A DNA stretch of 62,885 nt, filler included, from Octopus bimaculoides (lineage: Eukaryota), in assembly GCF_001194135.2 (NCBI RefSeq). It is 3 parts of 3 records of this genome, joined end to end, with 100 filler letters (N's around TTAATTAATTAA, not from the genome) between each part and the next. Parts side by side here need not be neighbours in the genome. Positions count along the whole stretch, not along the records: positions 1 to 29,263 come from NC_068982.1; 2 more parts are not named here. One strand, 5' to 3'. Position 1 is the stretch's first letter, and each line of letters starts with the position of its first letter. The notes beneath the pieces are model-generated. The model searched no databases and had not been told where the DNA came from. It saw nothing but the letters and a program-made list of their open reading frames with translations. A program made the translations under genes and the position numbers. Shown here one piece after another: positions 11,795 to 25,190 of this stretch.

Positions 11795-12158
11795 GTGGAG
11801 GCACAAAGGCCCAGTGGTTAGGGCGGTCATAGGATCGCTGTTTCAATTCCCAGACCGGGCGTTGTGAGTGTTTATTGAGCGAAAACACCCAAAGCTCCAC
11901 GAGGCTCCGGCAGGGGATGGTGGTGAACCCTGCTGTACTCTTTCACCACAACTTTCTCTCACTCTTACTTCCTGTTTCTGTTGTGCCTGTAATTCAAAGG
12001 GTCAGCCTTGTCACGCTGAATATCCCCGAGAACTGCGTTAAGGGTACACGTGTCTGTAGAGTGCTCAGCCACTTGCACGTTAATTTCACGAGCAGGTTGC
12101 TCCGTTGATCGGATCAACTGGAATCCTCGACGTCGTAAGCGACGGAATGTTAACAACA
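11795..12158 (+). mobile_element. SINE family C (tRNA-like head, ~390 bp, (AAC)n tail), with a small head deletion
   Basis: GTGGAGGCACAAAGGCCCAGTGGTTAGGG...TTCAATTCCCAGACC; four copies in the window (11.8, 24.8, 30.5 and 61.3 kb). Confidence 0.85.
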
Positions 12159-12871
12159 GTTTTCTCATGAATCAACACAGGACATTAGTTCCTCAACTGG
12201 AGAATCCAAAATTATTTTTCTCATGTAAATTATCGGAGAATGCAGTTACGTAACGAACCAAGTCTCCTTCCTAGTTTCAATTCCTCTTTATACACTTTAA
12301 TTTGTCTCTGGAAGAAGCATGAACATCACACAACCCAATTTAATGTACCTTCATAAATACCCCGACTTTCAATCTTGACTCTATGCTGCTAATAGAATAT
12401 AGAATACAAATATATAATATTCTGATGTTGATTATATTTACTCCCCTACCCACCAAATTACTCGTACGAGCCAACGGGGAACCTTTATATTGTTGCTAGA
12501 CCGGCTAGAAATAATAGCCAAGTCTACATTAATTCACAGCCTACCGTTTTGGAAACGAGCTCTACTCTGAAAAAAAAAAAAAAAAGAAAAAGACGGGACT
12601 GTCGCGTCTGGTTTGTTTTTCACCCATAGGACTGCTGAATCAACAACAACAGCAACAACATAACTATCTGTCTTGCATAAAAGACAATGGTTTAACTGAC
12701 ATGTATATTAATTTTATTCTTTTCGGTTCCGAGTTTAAACTCTGCCAAGGATGACATTGCTGTATCACCTCCACCATTCCCAGTGACAAGGCAATGAATT
12801 AATTGATGCTAAAATGTTTAAGGTGTCTGACTCAACTATACCTTTCAACTAAAGCAACAACAACAACAACA

Positions 12872-12909
<38 letters not shown>

Positions 12910-13634
12910 CATTGCTGTTGTTGTTGTTGTTGTTGTTGCCAGAGCTGGACGTATATTTCGGAGCTCGTGTGTGTCATGTTTACCTCTAAAAAGATAGTTA
13001 TTGTTACATTTTATTGTTATAATTTGTGACGAAGTTAACCTACACCATATTGGCCTGATGAACTGTTATTTTTTTTGCCACGCGGGGCAAAAATCACTCG
13101 AAAAGAAAATTAATTTTCATTTCAAAATTTGCAAAATTTAATATAGCGTCATCGTCTTTATCAGCAAGTCAACAAGGGAGGGAAGTGGGAGGAAATGTAG
13201 AACGTGAAATTGTCTTTTGCCGTCACTCGTCCCCACTCACTCTAAATGTAAATGATAGTGGTGGTAGCAGGAGGAGTAGCAACAGCAATGATAGTAACAA
13301 TAACAACCACAGTGGAAGTGTCAGGAGTAAATTAGAATTCGATCAGGGAAGCAAGAAATATAACTAGCAGTAGCCAATTGTGCAAGGGAAATTTTACCAC
13401 CACCACCACACAAATCAGTGAAATTTCGAATAAAGAAAGAGAAAGTTCAAATAGAAATAACGTTTCCTTCGCAAAAGTTACAAATAAGTTTGAAATTATG
13501 CCGTTAAAGGATAAGGAAGAACATTTAAAGGAAGCTGAGAGGCTTATAAAACGTGCAGAAAGAAAGGCCAGATTAAATGTGTCACAAAACCTGATAGAGG
13601 CAACCGAAAAAAACCCCATTAATGTACAGATGTC

Positions 13635-13769
13635 TCTTTTACTCTTTTACACTTTTACTTTACTTGTTTCAGTCATTTGACTGTGGCCATGCTGGAGCAC
13701 CGCCTTTTGTCGAGCAAATCGACACCAGGACTTATTCTTTTGTAAGCCTAGTACTTATTCTATCGGTCT
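13635..13769 (-). mobile_element. SINE family B, 3' end only, truncated by the adjacent ORF1 fragment
   Basis: (TTTTACTC)n tail plus TGTTTCAGTCATTTGACTGTGGCCATGCTGGAGCACC...CTTATTCTATCGGTCT, then an abrupt switch. Confidence 0.8.
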
Positions 13770-14711
13770 GTCCATGAAACGAAGAAGACTGGAAAAAATA
13801 CCATCAAACCAAGCAGAGCTCTGCCAGGAAAATATATGGGGGATGTCAGCTTTGTCAGCTACGCCCCAAAGTTCGGCTACATCAAAGTCATATTCTAGTC
13901 GGAATCACTAGCACAAAAACACTCAACTGTCCCATTAAAAACGGAGGGGTTCACTTTAATTCCCATCTGTCTGGGACAGAGAGTGATCCGAATAAAAATA
14001 AGTAACATATCACTAGAAACCGATTTCTGGTGGGTAGTGAAAGCCGTGGTGCTGGAAGATCCTAGAAGCCTCCTAGAAATCCAAAAATCCAAACAAGAGA
14101 ACTGGGTTGGGATAAGGTTGGAAATTCTACTGCAAGCAAAACGAGAAACTGTAGAGAAAATTTCTGACCTAATAGAAATCCCTGGAGATTAGCATCTGCA
14201 GGTGATCGTGGAAGGAAGAAGACCGCGATGTTACTCTTGTCACATCAGAGTCTATTGCCCGAAGGAAAGAAGATAAGGGGGGAAATGAGCCACAATAACC
14301 ATTAACACAACTACAACGACAATAACAGACACCACAACAAGGGCGGCAGTAGCAGCAGAGGCAGCAACAACAACACCAACAGAGACAATTGAACAACAAT
14401 AGCCTCAAAATCCACTACAGCGCCGGCAGCAGCTGCAGTTACAACAACGACTGGAGTCGAAACAACTGCACAACGTCAAGCAGAATGCACACCAGCAGCA
14501 GCAACAACCATATCACAAAGAGCAACAACAACGGCAGCAACTGGGAACTCCCAACCAAAAATATTTACCATATCATTAACAACACCAACAATAAAACAAA
14601 TACCTGCCGAAGAAATACTCCTCCCCTATTCGGACAACGAAAGCGACGGAAATAAGGAGGGTCGGGCATGGCAAACAGTCACACGAAAAGGAAGGAAAGG
14701 ATGGAAGAGCA
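13770..14711 (+). pseudogene. Non-LTR retrotransposon ORF1/gag-like remnant (L1/Tx1 type), frameshifted
   Basis: VSFVSYAPKFGYIKVIF...IPICLGQRVIRIKISNI...VIVEGRRPRCYSC aligns by eye with the ORF1 at 47-48.4 kb (FVSRGVKFATVRLLF...PTYCGKK...VILEGRQPRCHRC). It has a Q-rich linker and ends WQTVTRKGRKG. Confidence 0.7.
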
Positions 14712-15681
14712 CATCTGTTGGTATTGATGTATCAATTAGAAAGCATTTTTCTTGGTGATCTCTGACAACTATATCTGGTCTATTATCCTTGACGTTTCGG
14801 TCTGTGTGTGTTAGTATCCCAGAGTATGGTTGCTTTCTCATTTTCTGTAACCTTTTCTGGTGTGTGCCTGTACCATCTTTTTTTCTGTTGATATTCCGTA
14901 GTGTTGGCATAGCTTCCAGTGTATATAGGGTTCTAACTCTGTCGTGTTTGTGAATATATTCCTTTTTAGTCAGGACTGGGCAGTCACAGACAATATGATT
15001 TATTGTTTCTTCTCCATCACCACATATTCTGCAGTTACTTGTATTTCTCCGCATGTGTTTTGGGAGATTTCTGGTGGGATCTTGTACTGGAATTAAAAAT
15101 CCTTCAGTCCCTGCTTTGAGTTCTGAGCTTCTCAGCCATTGTTGGGATCTTGCTTTGTCTGTTTCTTTTCTGCTTAGTTTAACCCAATATTTACCATGGA
15201 AGGGCCTTTCTTGTCATCGTTTTATCATGATCTGTTGCTGTTCCAGTTTTAGTTTGGATTTCAGTTGTTTTACAGCTTTTGTTGTTTCTTCTTTTCCTTC
15301 ATAGTTGTTAGGTACTATGATGAGTTCTTTTTTTATTTGTCAGCTTTCTTAAAGACAGAAAACAATTTTTTTTTTGTTTTGTTCGTGTTTTGTGGATATC
15401 TTTTATCACTTTTCCTTGCTTCTGAAGTAGGTATTTCTGTAATCCTATGGTGGTTATTTTGTAATAGTTTTCTAGCTGTATAAGACCTCTACTACCTTCA
15501 ATACGTTGCATGTATATCCTTTCTATGTCAAATTTTGGGTGGTGCATCCTGAATCCTGTCAATATTTTCTTGTTTTTCTGTCTGTTTTTGATTAGTACAA
15601 TTAGAGTCCAGTTAAGAATATCGTAACTATAACTTCTAAATGGGACGGCTCGAGTGTTGATACCTATTATCTTGTTTTTCG

Positions 15682-15682
<1 letters not shown>
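14712..15682 (-). mobile_element. R4/Dong-clade (RLE-type) non-LTR retrotransposon fragment, 5'-truncated and cut within the endonuclease
   Basis: KNKIIGINTRAVP; HHPKFDIERIYMQRIEGSRGL; CRICGDGEETINHIVCDC (CCHC-type motif); NRPDIVV...FLIDTSIP (PD..D restriction-like endonuclease). Confidence 0.8.
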
Positions 15683-15751
<69 letters not shown>

Positions 15752-15767
15752 GTTATTGCTATTATTA

Positions 15768-15816
<49 letters not shown>
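15683..15816. repeat. (TTA)n microsatellite abutting the R4/Dong 5' junction
   Basis: Direct reading. Confidence 0.95.
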
Positions 15817-15817
<1 letters not shown>

Positions 15818-16106
15818 AATCGATAAACAAATAAATTGGCCCTATTTCTGCAAAGACATCATCGTTTAGCTTGTCTATAAACCAGAATAGAATCCCAATC
15901 GAAATAGTTAATAATTAGGTTTTCAGAAGAACAATAACAAAACCTACAATAAAAGCTGGTGTTTCTAAATATTTGTACAAACAACAAATCGCAAAACAGC
16001 AACAACAACGGACAGTATTCAGAAAATTAGATGATTAGTTTAAAGAAATTTAATAAACCAACAAGTTTCAATTCTTTAGAATTCCTAAACTCATTGGACG
16101 AAAGCT

Positions 16107-16158
<52 letters not shown>

Positions 16159-17019
16159 NNNNNNNNNNNNNNNNNNNNNNNNNNNNNNNNNNNNNNNNNN
16201 NNNNNNNNNNNNNCACACATACACACAGAAACACGCTCACATAAACACACAATGATCTTGTATACATGATTTTTAAAACGAATATTATTTCGGGGAAAAT
16301 TAAGGCAAAAAATATTTTATTTCTAAATATACTATTGTCAAACGGTGTAAATATAAATATTTTGTTCTATTGAGACTAACTACTAAATTTTCTTTGATTT
16401 TTATTCCGTTACATAGTTTTCCAGTTGTGCTGTGCCACTAAAACGCACAATATCAAACAAAAGTTCAGGTATCTTTATCATCATCATTGTAGTTAAAAAT
16501 AAAACAATATTTAAATAGAGCGCCAACAGAAAGACTGATTTATTTGATAATATACAAATATCTATCCACAGCTGAGAGCAAAAGTTATTTTTAAATGTGG
16601 AACGATAAAATGAATATACGACTTTGTAATAGAATAAATATTGTGTATTAAGAATAATGTAATTCATTATTATGAATTCAATAGTTTATCTTGAAATTCT
16701 CTAGTGGACACCGTAGAGCAATCTCCTGCTGAGATAGCTCCTTGGTGCATGTTCGATTTCTCGCTGATGCTATTTTCATTTCATACTCACTATTTTCATT
16801 TCATTTTTCCATTGTATTCAGTCAAAAGAATTCAATTATCTAGAAATTCTAAGGTGCTTTGAGAAAAATAAAACAGAAAAAATAGAAAATAAATAAAATA
16901 AATAAATGAAGTCCCTTGACTGGTAATATTATAAACCTGTTTCTATCCTTCTATTATACTTTAACCTCACATCACCTGGCATAAAACCACCTCCTTCAAT
17001 ACTATTCTTCCATTCACGT

Positions 17020-17235
17020 GAGGAGCCTTGTTGAGCAAGTTACTTGGTCACCTCATTAGTGCTGGTACCACGTAAAAATTTTTAAAAAACCCAGTAAAAC
17101 TTATGTAAAGTGGTTGGTATGAAAGAGCGTTCAGGCATAGAAAGCATGCCGAAGTAGACATTGGAGCTTAGCACAGTCCTCTGCTCACCGGCTTTTGTAG
17201 AACAGTCCAAGCCTTGCCAGCATGGAAAGCCGACC
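17020..17235 (+). mobile_element. Degenerate interspersed-repeat 3' segment
   Basis: GCTGGTACCACGTAAAAA...GTAAAGTGGTTGG...CCAAGCCTTGCCAGCATGGAAA resembles a common octopus retroposon tail (from recollection); single copy here. Confidence 0.35.
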
Positions 17236-18102
17236 GTCAATAGTATCCTAAGCTGTTCTTAAACTAATAAGTCCCATTAAACTTAATAGCATGTTATATT
17301 TTCAACTTTTTACCTTATTAGTTTAAGTCCTTCTCTCTTTCCCAAGTCAGTATCACCTTTCATTCCTTCGGAGTCAAAGAAATATTTATTAGTCTTGTAC
17401 TGTGGTGAATCAACTGACTGCGCTTCTCCTTCATAATTCCTGGCCTTTTGTCAACCTTAGAACATCACTATTGTTATATTTATTGCCCTCTATGATATAA
17501 TATCCATTGAATGCTCTAAAACCCAGAAGATATTCTTCTTATCTTTAGTCTGGGAATGGATAAAGGGTTAACCTCTTGGATAAGAATTCACAAATTCATG
17601 TTTAATCATGGGTCACCTGTCCAGCTTTTGGTAAAACCGTGCAACAGTACTGAAGTCTAGATTAATACTCGGCCGTAAAAAGAAAACAAAATGTTTTCTT
17701 TTTGCTGTTTATTCTAAAATACCTGGTTCAGCAGTAGCTATTCTTTACAGCCTTTCCTTTTGTTTCTCTTGAAATGTTTTTACTTTCCATGTAACTAACG
17801 ATACTGTTGTATAGTATGGATGTAAAGAGGGTCTTTTTTTATTATGTTGAATGAGAATGTGCCCAGCTGTGTCAAACTATAAGTATTGCTAACCGTATGG
17901 TCTTAATACAAAAAAAAATTCATTTTCCCCTCACTATGGATTACTATCTAACCATTGTCTCAGATCATTGATTTTACCTAACGAATACCCATTCTCTCTG
18001 GATCAAACTGGGCCTATTTGGATATCTCCTTGGATATCTTTGGATATCACAACAACGATTACTGATGAGGAACTCTTATTCCACTGTTACATATGTTTAA
18101 CC

Positions 18103-18177
<75 letters not shown>

Positions 18178-18375
18178 CCGGTGACGGAATACTGAGCATA
18201 TGGGGGTCTTCGCTCTCCTTGATGTTCCAATAGCTGAGATATCTCATAAACAGCTGTCAGAGACTATCTTTACCTTTCGTTATTAACTAAATAAAATTCA
18301 ATGTTCTTGTCAAGTCTTGCCAAATTATTTGCCTCTCCTTTTTATTTTAACCTATACACACACACACACACATAC

Positions 18376-18408
<33 letters not shown>

Positions 18409-19865
18409 GNNNNNNNNNNNNNNNNNNNNNNNNNNNNNNNNNNNNNNNNNNNNNNNNNNNNNNNNNNNNNNNNNNNNNNNNNNNNNNNNNNNNNNNNNNN
18501 NNNNNNNNNNNNNNNNNNNNNNNNNNNNNNNNNNNNNNNNNNNNNNNNNNNNNNNNNNNNNNNNNNNNNNNNNNNNNNNNNNNNNNNNNNNNNNNNNNNN
18601 NNNNNNNNNNNNNNNNNNNNNNNNNNNNNNNNNNNNNNNNNNNNNNNNNNNNNNNNNNNNNNNNNNNNNNNNNNNNNNNNNNNNNNNNNNNNNNNNNNNN
18701 NNNNNNNNNNNNNNNNNNNNNNNNNNNNNNNNNNNNNNNNNNNNNNNNNNNNNNNNNNNNNNNNNNNNNNNNNNNNNNNNNNNNNNNNNNNNNNNNNNNN
18801 NNNNNNNNNNNNNNNNNNNNNNNNNNNNGTATATATATAAACAAATAATAAGTGAGTATATGCATATATACGTACAGGTCTGTGCATACCTACGTCCACC
18901 TGTATATATAGGTGCATATCTGGGTACAAGACATTGCACGTAGACAAGAAATAATAATAACCAGAGTACAGAAAACACACATGCCACAGAGAGAACATTT
19001 TCCTTCATCAGCTACCCCCGTTTTAACACCGGCGTTTCGAAATATATATATATATATATATATATAAGCGTTAACTTAAGAGTCTTCCATTATCGACTCA
19101 GGACATATGTGAGGTAGGAGTAGTCTTGTAAGTTGTGTTTTGGGACACCATATCTGATGATTCTCAAGCAAGTTTTCTTTTATTACGAGCTGAGTTTCGT
19201 TTCATTTATGATTGCTGTTGTTTGGGCAAACATCACGTATTATGAGATGGAAAGATTAGGATGTTGTGAGTTTCATGCTTTTCCTCAGTGGCATTAACGT
19301 TTCCATTAAAGAGAAACTTGCATTAATTAAGACTAACAGCCAGAATCTTGCACTGACATACCTAGCGTTTATCTCTTTGCTCTCCAACGACCGTCGCTCT
19401 ATTTATTGAAATATAGAATATCTTCGTATCACTATCAACAATAGTAAACTGAAAATTAACTAAATGATAGCATTTCATAATAGCTTCGCACATTCCAGTT
19501 TTATATTTGTTTTGTTTTCTTCTTGACAGCCAAACAAATAGGAGAAAAAGAGACAAAACTGTACTTGAGAGAAAAAAAGAGTATAATAGAAGGAACACAG
19601 GCTATTACGAAGTGAGATAGGAAACGAGAATGAGCGGTGAAAGCGTTTGATTATAACGGTTTTCAGATTCATTTGAAGTGAGTGATACAATCTGTGGCTT
19701 AGATATGCTTTGATGTTGCTGAAACAGCACACAGAAATTCTGCTATCCTGAAACATATATATACATATATATATATACATATATACATACATACATACGT
19801 ACATACATACATACATACATACATATCTATATACATTCATATATGCATACATGTATATATATATA

Positions 19866-19899
<34 letters not shown>

Positions 19900-20785
19900 C
19901 ATACATACATATATACATACATATATATATATATATATACACACACATACATACATACATATCGATACACATACATATATACATACATATATACATATAT
20001 ATATNNNNNNNNNNNNNNNNNNNNNNNNNNNNNNNNNNNNNNNNNNNNNNNNNNNNNNNNNNNNNNNNNNNNNNNNNNNNNNNNNNNNNNNNNNNNNNNN
20101 NNNNNNNNNNNNNNNNNNNNNNNNNNNNNNNNNNNNNNNNNNNNNNNNNNNNNNNNNNNNNNNNNNNNNNNNNNNNNNNNNNNNNNNNNNNNNNNNNNNN
20201 NNNNNNNNNNNNNNNNNNNNNNNNNNNNNNNNNNNNNNNNNNNNNNNNNNNNNNNNNNNNNNNNNNNNNNNNNNNNNNNNNNNNNNNNNNNNNNNNNNNN
20301 NNNNNNNNNNNNNNNNNNNNNNNNNNNNNNNNNNNNNNNNNNNNNNNNNNNNNNNNNNNNNNNNNNNNNNNNNNNNNNNNNNNNNNNNNNNNNNNNNNNN
20401 NNNNNNNNNNNNNNNNNNNNNNNNNNNNNNNNNNNNNNNNNNNNNNNNNNNNNNNNNNNNNNNNNNNNNNNNNNNNNNNNNNNNNNNNNNNNNNNNNNNN
20501 NNNNNNNNNNNNNNNNNNNNNNNNNNNNNNNNNNNNNNNNNNNNNNNNNNNNNNNNNNNNNNNNNNNNNNTGTGTGTGTTTGTGTGTGTGTGTGTGTGTT
20601 TGTGTGTGTGTAAATAATAATATGAATATAAAAATAATATGATTAATAATATCTTTCTTAAACATATTACGCCTTACTTTTCTTGCACGTTAATGCGTTC
20701 ATACTACGTATGAATAATTCAGTAATGGAAGTCATTGCAGGATATTTCTCTGAAGCTCTTACAGCTTTGCATCTCTCTCTCTCCT

Positions 20786-20853
<68 letters not shown>

Positions 20854-20994
20854 NNNNNNNNNNNNNNNNNNNNNNNNNNNNNNNNNNNNNNNNNNNNNNN
20901 NNNNNNNNNNNNNNNNNNNNNNNNNNNNNNNNNNNNNNNNNNNNNNNNNNNNNNNNNNNNNNNNNNNNNNNNNNNNNNNNNNNNNNNNNNNNNN

Positions 20995-21033
<39 letters not shown>

Positions 21034-21081
21034 AGCTCGCACATAAACGCACATACACACACTCTCACACACATAGTCGCG

Positions 21082-21115
<34 letters not shown>

Positions 21116-21793
21116 TTAACCTCTTATCCGGACATGGATCATTTGTTTCTGATCACAGCATAGCTCCAGACGCGACGAACGCTGCTCCCATCATCAACGG
21201 TAAACACAAAATGTTCGTGTACAAGAATTAACCCCCTTACATACTGCTTGTATGAAAGAAGCAGAAAATTTGGGGCATTCTATACAGCACCTCTGTCTCT
21301 CTCTCTTTCCCTCTCTCACTCAATCTATCTATATCTCTATTTATCTCTCCCCCTCCCTCCCCCTCTCTTCCACCTCTCTTTAACATTACAAAGCGCTGTA
21401 CTGAATAGTGTATAAGACTGACATATCTAACGGATGTACCTTCCGGGGACAGGCTCTGATTTTCCATCCTCTGCCCCCATCTTATACCCACTTATACAGT
21501 AGATCCAGAAGTGCCACCCCCATAAAAGCATCACCTCGGGTGGGCCGTCTCCCTCGTTACACCCAACCCCTGTCTACGCTACAAGAGGCTATTTCTTGCA
21601 CAACTGACCTCGTTACTGCTGATGACAACAGGATCTACGATTACCAGCTCAATTAGCTTTGCTGTGGACAATGACATGTGGCCTTTTTCCGGAGAAGGTA
21701 CTAATGTAATATATTTATGTGTAATGTCGCTATCTTCTCGTGTACTTTGTTTGGTTTCATTATATTTAATTATACGAATATTCAGAATATTGA

Positions 21794-21995
21794 TTTCAAA
21801 TTTTAGCACAAGATCATCAAGTTGGGTGAAGGGAGCAAATCGATTACATCGATCCCAGTGCTCGGCTGATGCTGTTTTTAACGATCGCGAAAGGATAAAA
21901 GGCAAAGTCAACCTCGGCGGAATTTGAACTCAGAACGTAAAGGCAGACGAAATGCCGCTAAGCATTTTTCCCGGCGTGCTAACGATTCTGCCAGT
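21794..21995 (-). mobile_element. SINE family A
   Basis: Reverse complement of GGCAAAGTCAACCTCGGCGGAATTTGAACTCAGAACG...GCTAACGATTCTGCCAG. Confidence 0.8.
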
Positions 21996-22281
21996 CCTTT
22001 GCACAACGAGGAAAAAGGGAAACAGTAGCAAAAGTCAACAACTGTGATGCGATCCAAAAGTTATTTCTTCGAAAACATCTGCTGCTGCTGCTGCTACTGC
22101 TGCTGCTGCTACTGCTGCTTATCCTTCGGTTAGCTTCAACTGAAAAGATACACAGCACGTCATTACTCGGTTACTTTCTTAGCTCTAACTCGACATCATA
22201 ATCGAGAATTCTCATTATTAATGGCACTCAAATAATGACCATTGTGTATCCTGGACTACATTATCCAGTGTAACCTTTAGT

Positions 22282-22999
22282 CAAAATGGGCACCGAACCG
22301 TTAATCCGTTAATCGTTAATTAACGAAGTTAACATTTACGTCAGCGATTTAACTTTTTAGTAAACTTTGGAAATCATTATCGGATTAATTAATTTCCGTT
22401 AACTTCAATTTAGTTGAAGTTGACGGATTTTATAATTTTGACACTTTTTAAAGGTATTTTTCGGTTGTTTCAGAGCAAAAACTGATTTTTATTTTCTAAC
22501 ATAAAAATTAACGGAGTGGCTGTGTGGTAAGTAGCTTGCTTACCAACCACATGGTTCCGGGTTCAGTCCCACTGCGTGGCACCTTGGGCAAGTGTCTTCT
22601 ACTATAGCCTCGGGCCGACCAAAGCCTTGTGAGTGGATTCGGTAGACGGAAACTGAAAGAAGCCCGTCGTATATATGTATGAATATGTGCGTGTGTATAT
22701 GTTTGTGTGTCTGTGTTTGTCCCCCCAACATCGCTTGACAACCGATGCTGGTGTGTTTATGTCCCCGTAACTTAGCGGTTCGGCAAAAGAGACCGATAGA
22801 ATAAGTACTAGGCTTACAAAGAATACGTCCCGATTTGCTCGACTAAAAGGCGGTGCTCCAGCATGACCGCAGTCAAATGACTGAAACAAATAAAAGAGTA
22901 AAAGAGAAAAGTTTATCAATAACTTCCGTTACATTAGCAAATAATTAACTGATGAATGGTTATCGAAGTTAACTTGTTAGTTAACGGGGCCCACCTTCG
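22282..22999. mobile_element. hAT-type MITE with 8-bp TSD, carrying a nested SINE B
   Basis: CCTTTAGT at 22274-22281 and 23000-23007. Imperfect TIRs CAAAATGGGCACCG / reverse complement CGAAGGTGGGCCCCG, with subterminal GTTAAC-rich repeats at both ends. An 8-bp TSD is characteristic of hAT. Confidence 0.75.
22513..22906 (+). mobile_element. SINE family B, near full length (tRNA-like head, central TA/TG microsatellite, (GTAAAAGA)n tail)
   Basis: GGAGTGGCTGTGTGGTAAG (A-box-like) and GGTTCAGTCCC (B-box-like); bipartite structure seen again at 27.8 and 46.3 kb. Confidence 0.9.
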
Positions 23000-23846
23000 C
23001 CTTTAGTATTATATTTGGGTATTTGTATGCCACTTCTTGCACCGGTTGAAGAGTTGCTTGAATAATTAGGTGCTGTATTCGGAGCTTATCTACGCATTAT
23101 TGAGGATCACAGTGTGAACAACTAACATCCAGTGATTCGCTGTTTAGTGTTTGGGTGCAGTGAGCTGGTTTGAGAACTTTTTCTATACGTGTTTGCTGTA
23201 GTCACAAATTGTGGTGGCCACAACTTGTTGCAGCCACAATGAAGATAAACTCAATTAGAGTGCTATAAATGCTGTTTCTATGCGTCTCAGCGCAGTGTCT
23301 GGGTCGTATAAAGTCAGCGACGCTGGTGTTATTCTTTTGTTCAGTGTGTGTGTGTGTGTGTGTGTGCGTGTGTGTGTGTGTGTGTGCGTACGTGCGTGTC
23401 TCTCTCTATGTGTGTGTGTGTGTGTGTGTGCTTGTGTATGTGTATGAGAGANNNNNNNNNNNNNNNNNNNNNNNNNNNNNNNNNNNNNNNNNNNNNNNNN
23501 NNNNNNNNNNNNNNNNNNNNNNNNNNNNNNNNNNNNNNNNNNNNNNNNNNNNNNNNNNNNNNNNNNNNNNNNNNNNNNNNNNNNNNNNNNNNNNNNNNNN
23601 NNNNNNNNNNNNNNNNNNNNNNNNNNNNNNNNNNNNNNNNNNNNNNNNNNNNNNNNNNNNNNNNNNNNNNNNNNNNNNNNNNNNNNNNNNNNNNNNNNNN
23701 NNNNNNNNNNNNNNNNNNNNNNNNGTGTGTGTGTGCATGCGTGTCTCTCTATGTGTTTGTGCGTGCGTGCGTGCGTGTGTGTGCTTGTGTATGTGTATGA
23801 GAGAGAGAGAGACAAAGAGTATGTGTGTGTCTGTGTGTGTGTGTGT

Positions 23847-23884
<38 letters not shown>

Positions 23885-24265
23885 GTATGTGTGCGTGCAC
23901 ACGCTTGTGAGTGTGTATTTGTAATGCTTAGTCTAGACTGAATAGGTGAGGTAGTGTTTTTAAACTGGTTCTATCGCAGTTTTTTCTGTCATGTTGTCGA
24001 CGTATATGTTCTCTTTGATGTGATTGTACCAGTATTGACAAAAACACTTGAACTTCCATAGTAACAGAACTTTGCAACGCGTTGAGTCTTCAAATGCCCA
24101 CCTGATTTTTCATTCTTAGTACCTTTGTTCCATTGTAAAGGTATGTTGAATGTGCGGCCTGTGATGATGGCACGTGTTCTTTTTTCCTGGTTTCAGGTAT
24201 TTTGTATTTTGGGGATCCAGACATAACTGGCACATTCTGTGAAAATGAAATATATTGTTTGTAGA

Positions 24266-24316
<51 letters not shown>

Positions 24317-24842
24317 TGGACAATTTAGGTATCTGTGTATTGTCTTACATTCTTCACTGTCTTCTACGTCTACTGTATACACTGTAGCGGTTTGTGCAAT
24401 TAATAGTGCTCTGTTTATTTGTTAAGTGTAGGCTAAATGTGACGGCAAGATGGTTGGTAACAAAGGAGCTGGTGGAATTCATACGTGATGCTTTAAAGCT
24501 AATTTTGCTAGGAAGTAGGTTTCTAGATGGTTAAAGAAAAAATAAAATAGTTGTACAATTACGGTTACATAATGTCAGAAAACTAACTCTCGTGTCATCC
24601 GTGTGTGAAAAGAACGAGTACATTTAAAAAATGGCCGACAGTCGAATTGGTAGAATACTTGACAAAATACATATCTTGCAATCTTGACATAAGTATTTGA
24701 TATTCTAAGTTCAAAGTCGACTACTTTTCAAATTTCTGGCCTCACTAACATAACTGCCAATCAAATTTCGGATCATGTTAATCTACTGAACCCACCTGCA
24801 AAGATTGCAGTTGTTCTTTAAGTGTTGAGTACTTTATTTAGA

Positions 24843-25190
24843 GTGGAGGCGCAATGGCCCAGTGGTTAGGGCAGCGGACTCGCGGTCATTGGATCGCAGT
24901 TTCGATTCCCAGACTAGGCGTTGTGGGTGTTTATTGAGCGAAAACACCTAAAGTTCCACGAGGCTCCGGCAGGGGATGGTGGCGAACCCTGCTGTACTCT
25001 TTCACCACAACTTTCTCTCACTCTTTCTTCCTGTTTCTGTCACGCTGAATATCCCCGAGAACTACGTTAAGGGTACACGTGACTGTGGAATGCTCAGCCA
25101 CTTGCACGTTAATTTCACGAGCAGGCTGTTCCGTTGATCAGATCAACTAGAACCCTCGACGTCGTAAGCGACAGAGTGCCAACAACAACA
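24843..25190 (+). mobile_element. SINE family C with 12-bp TSD and a ~40-bp internal deletion
   Basis: ACTTTATTTAGA at 24831-24842 and 25191-25202. Confidence 0.9.

Noticed and set aside
11795-11860. tRNA-like heads here and in SINE families A, B and D
   Set aside because: Each continues into a multi-copy SINE body and lacks a complete cloverleaf, so none is called a tRNA gene.
13185-13680. Two short ORFs (S/N-rich; KEAERLIKRAERKARL)
   Set aside because: Separated by stops, with no recognisable motif or convincing splice sites; may be decayed TE sequence.
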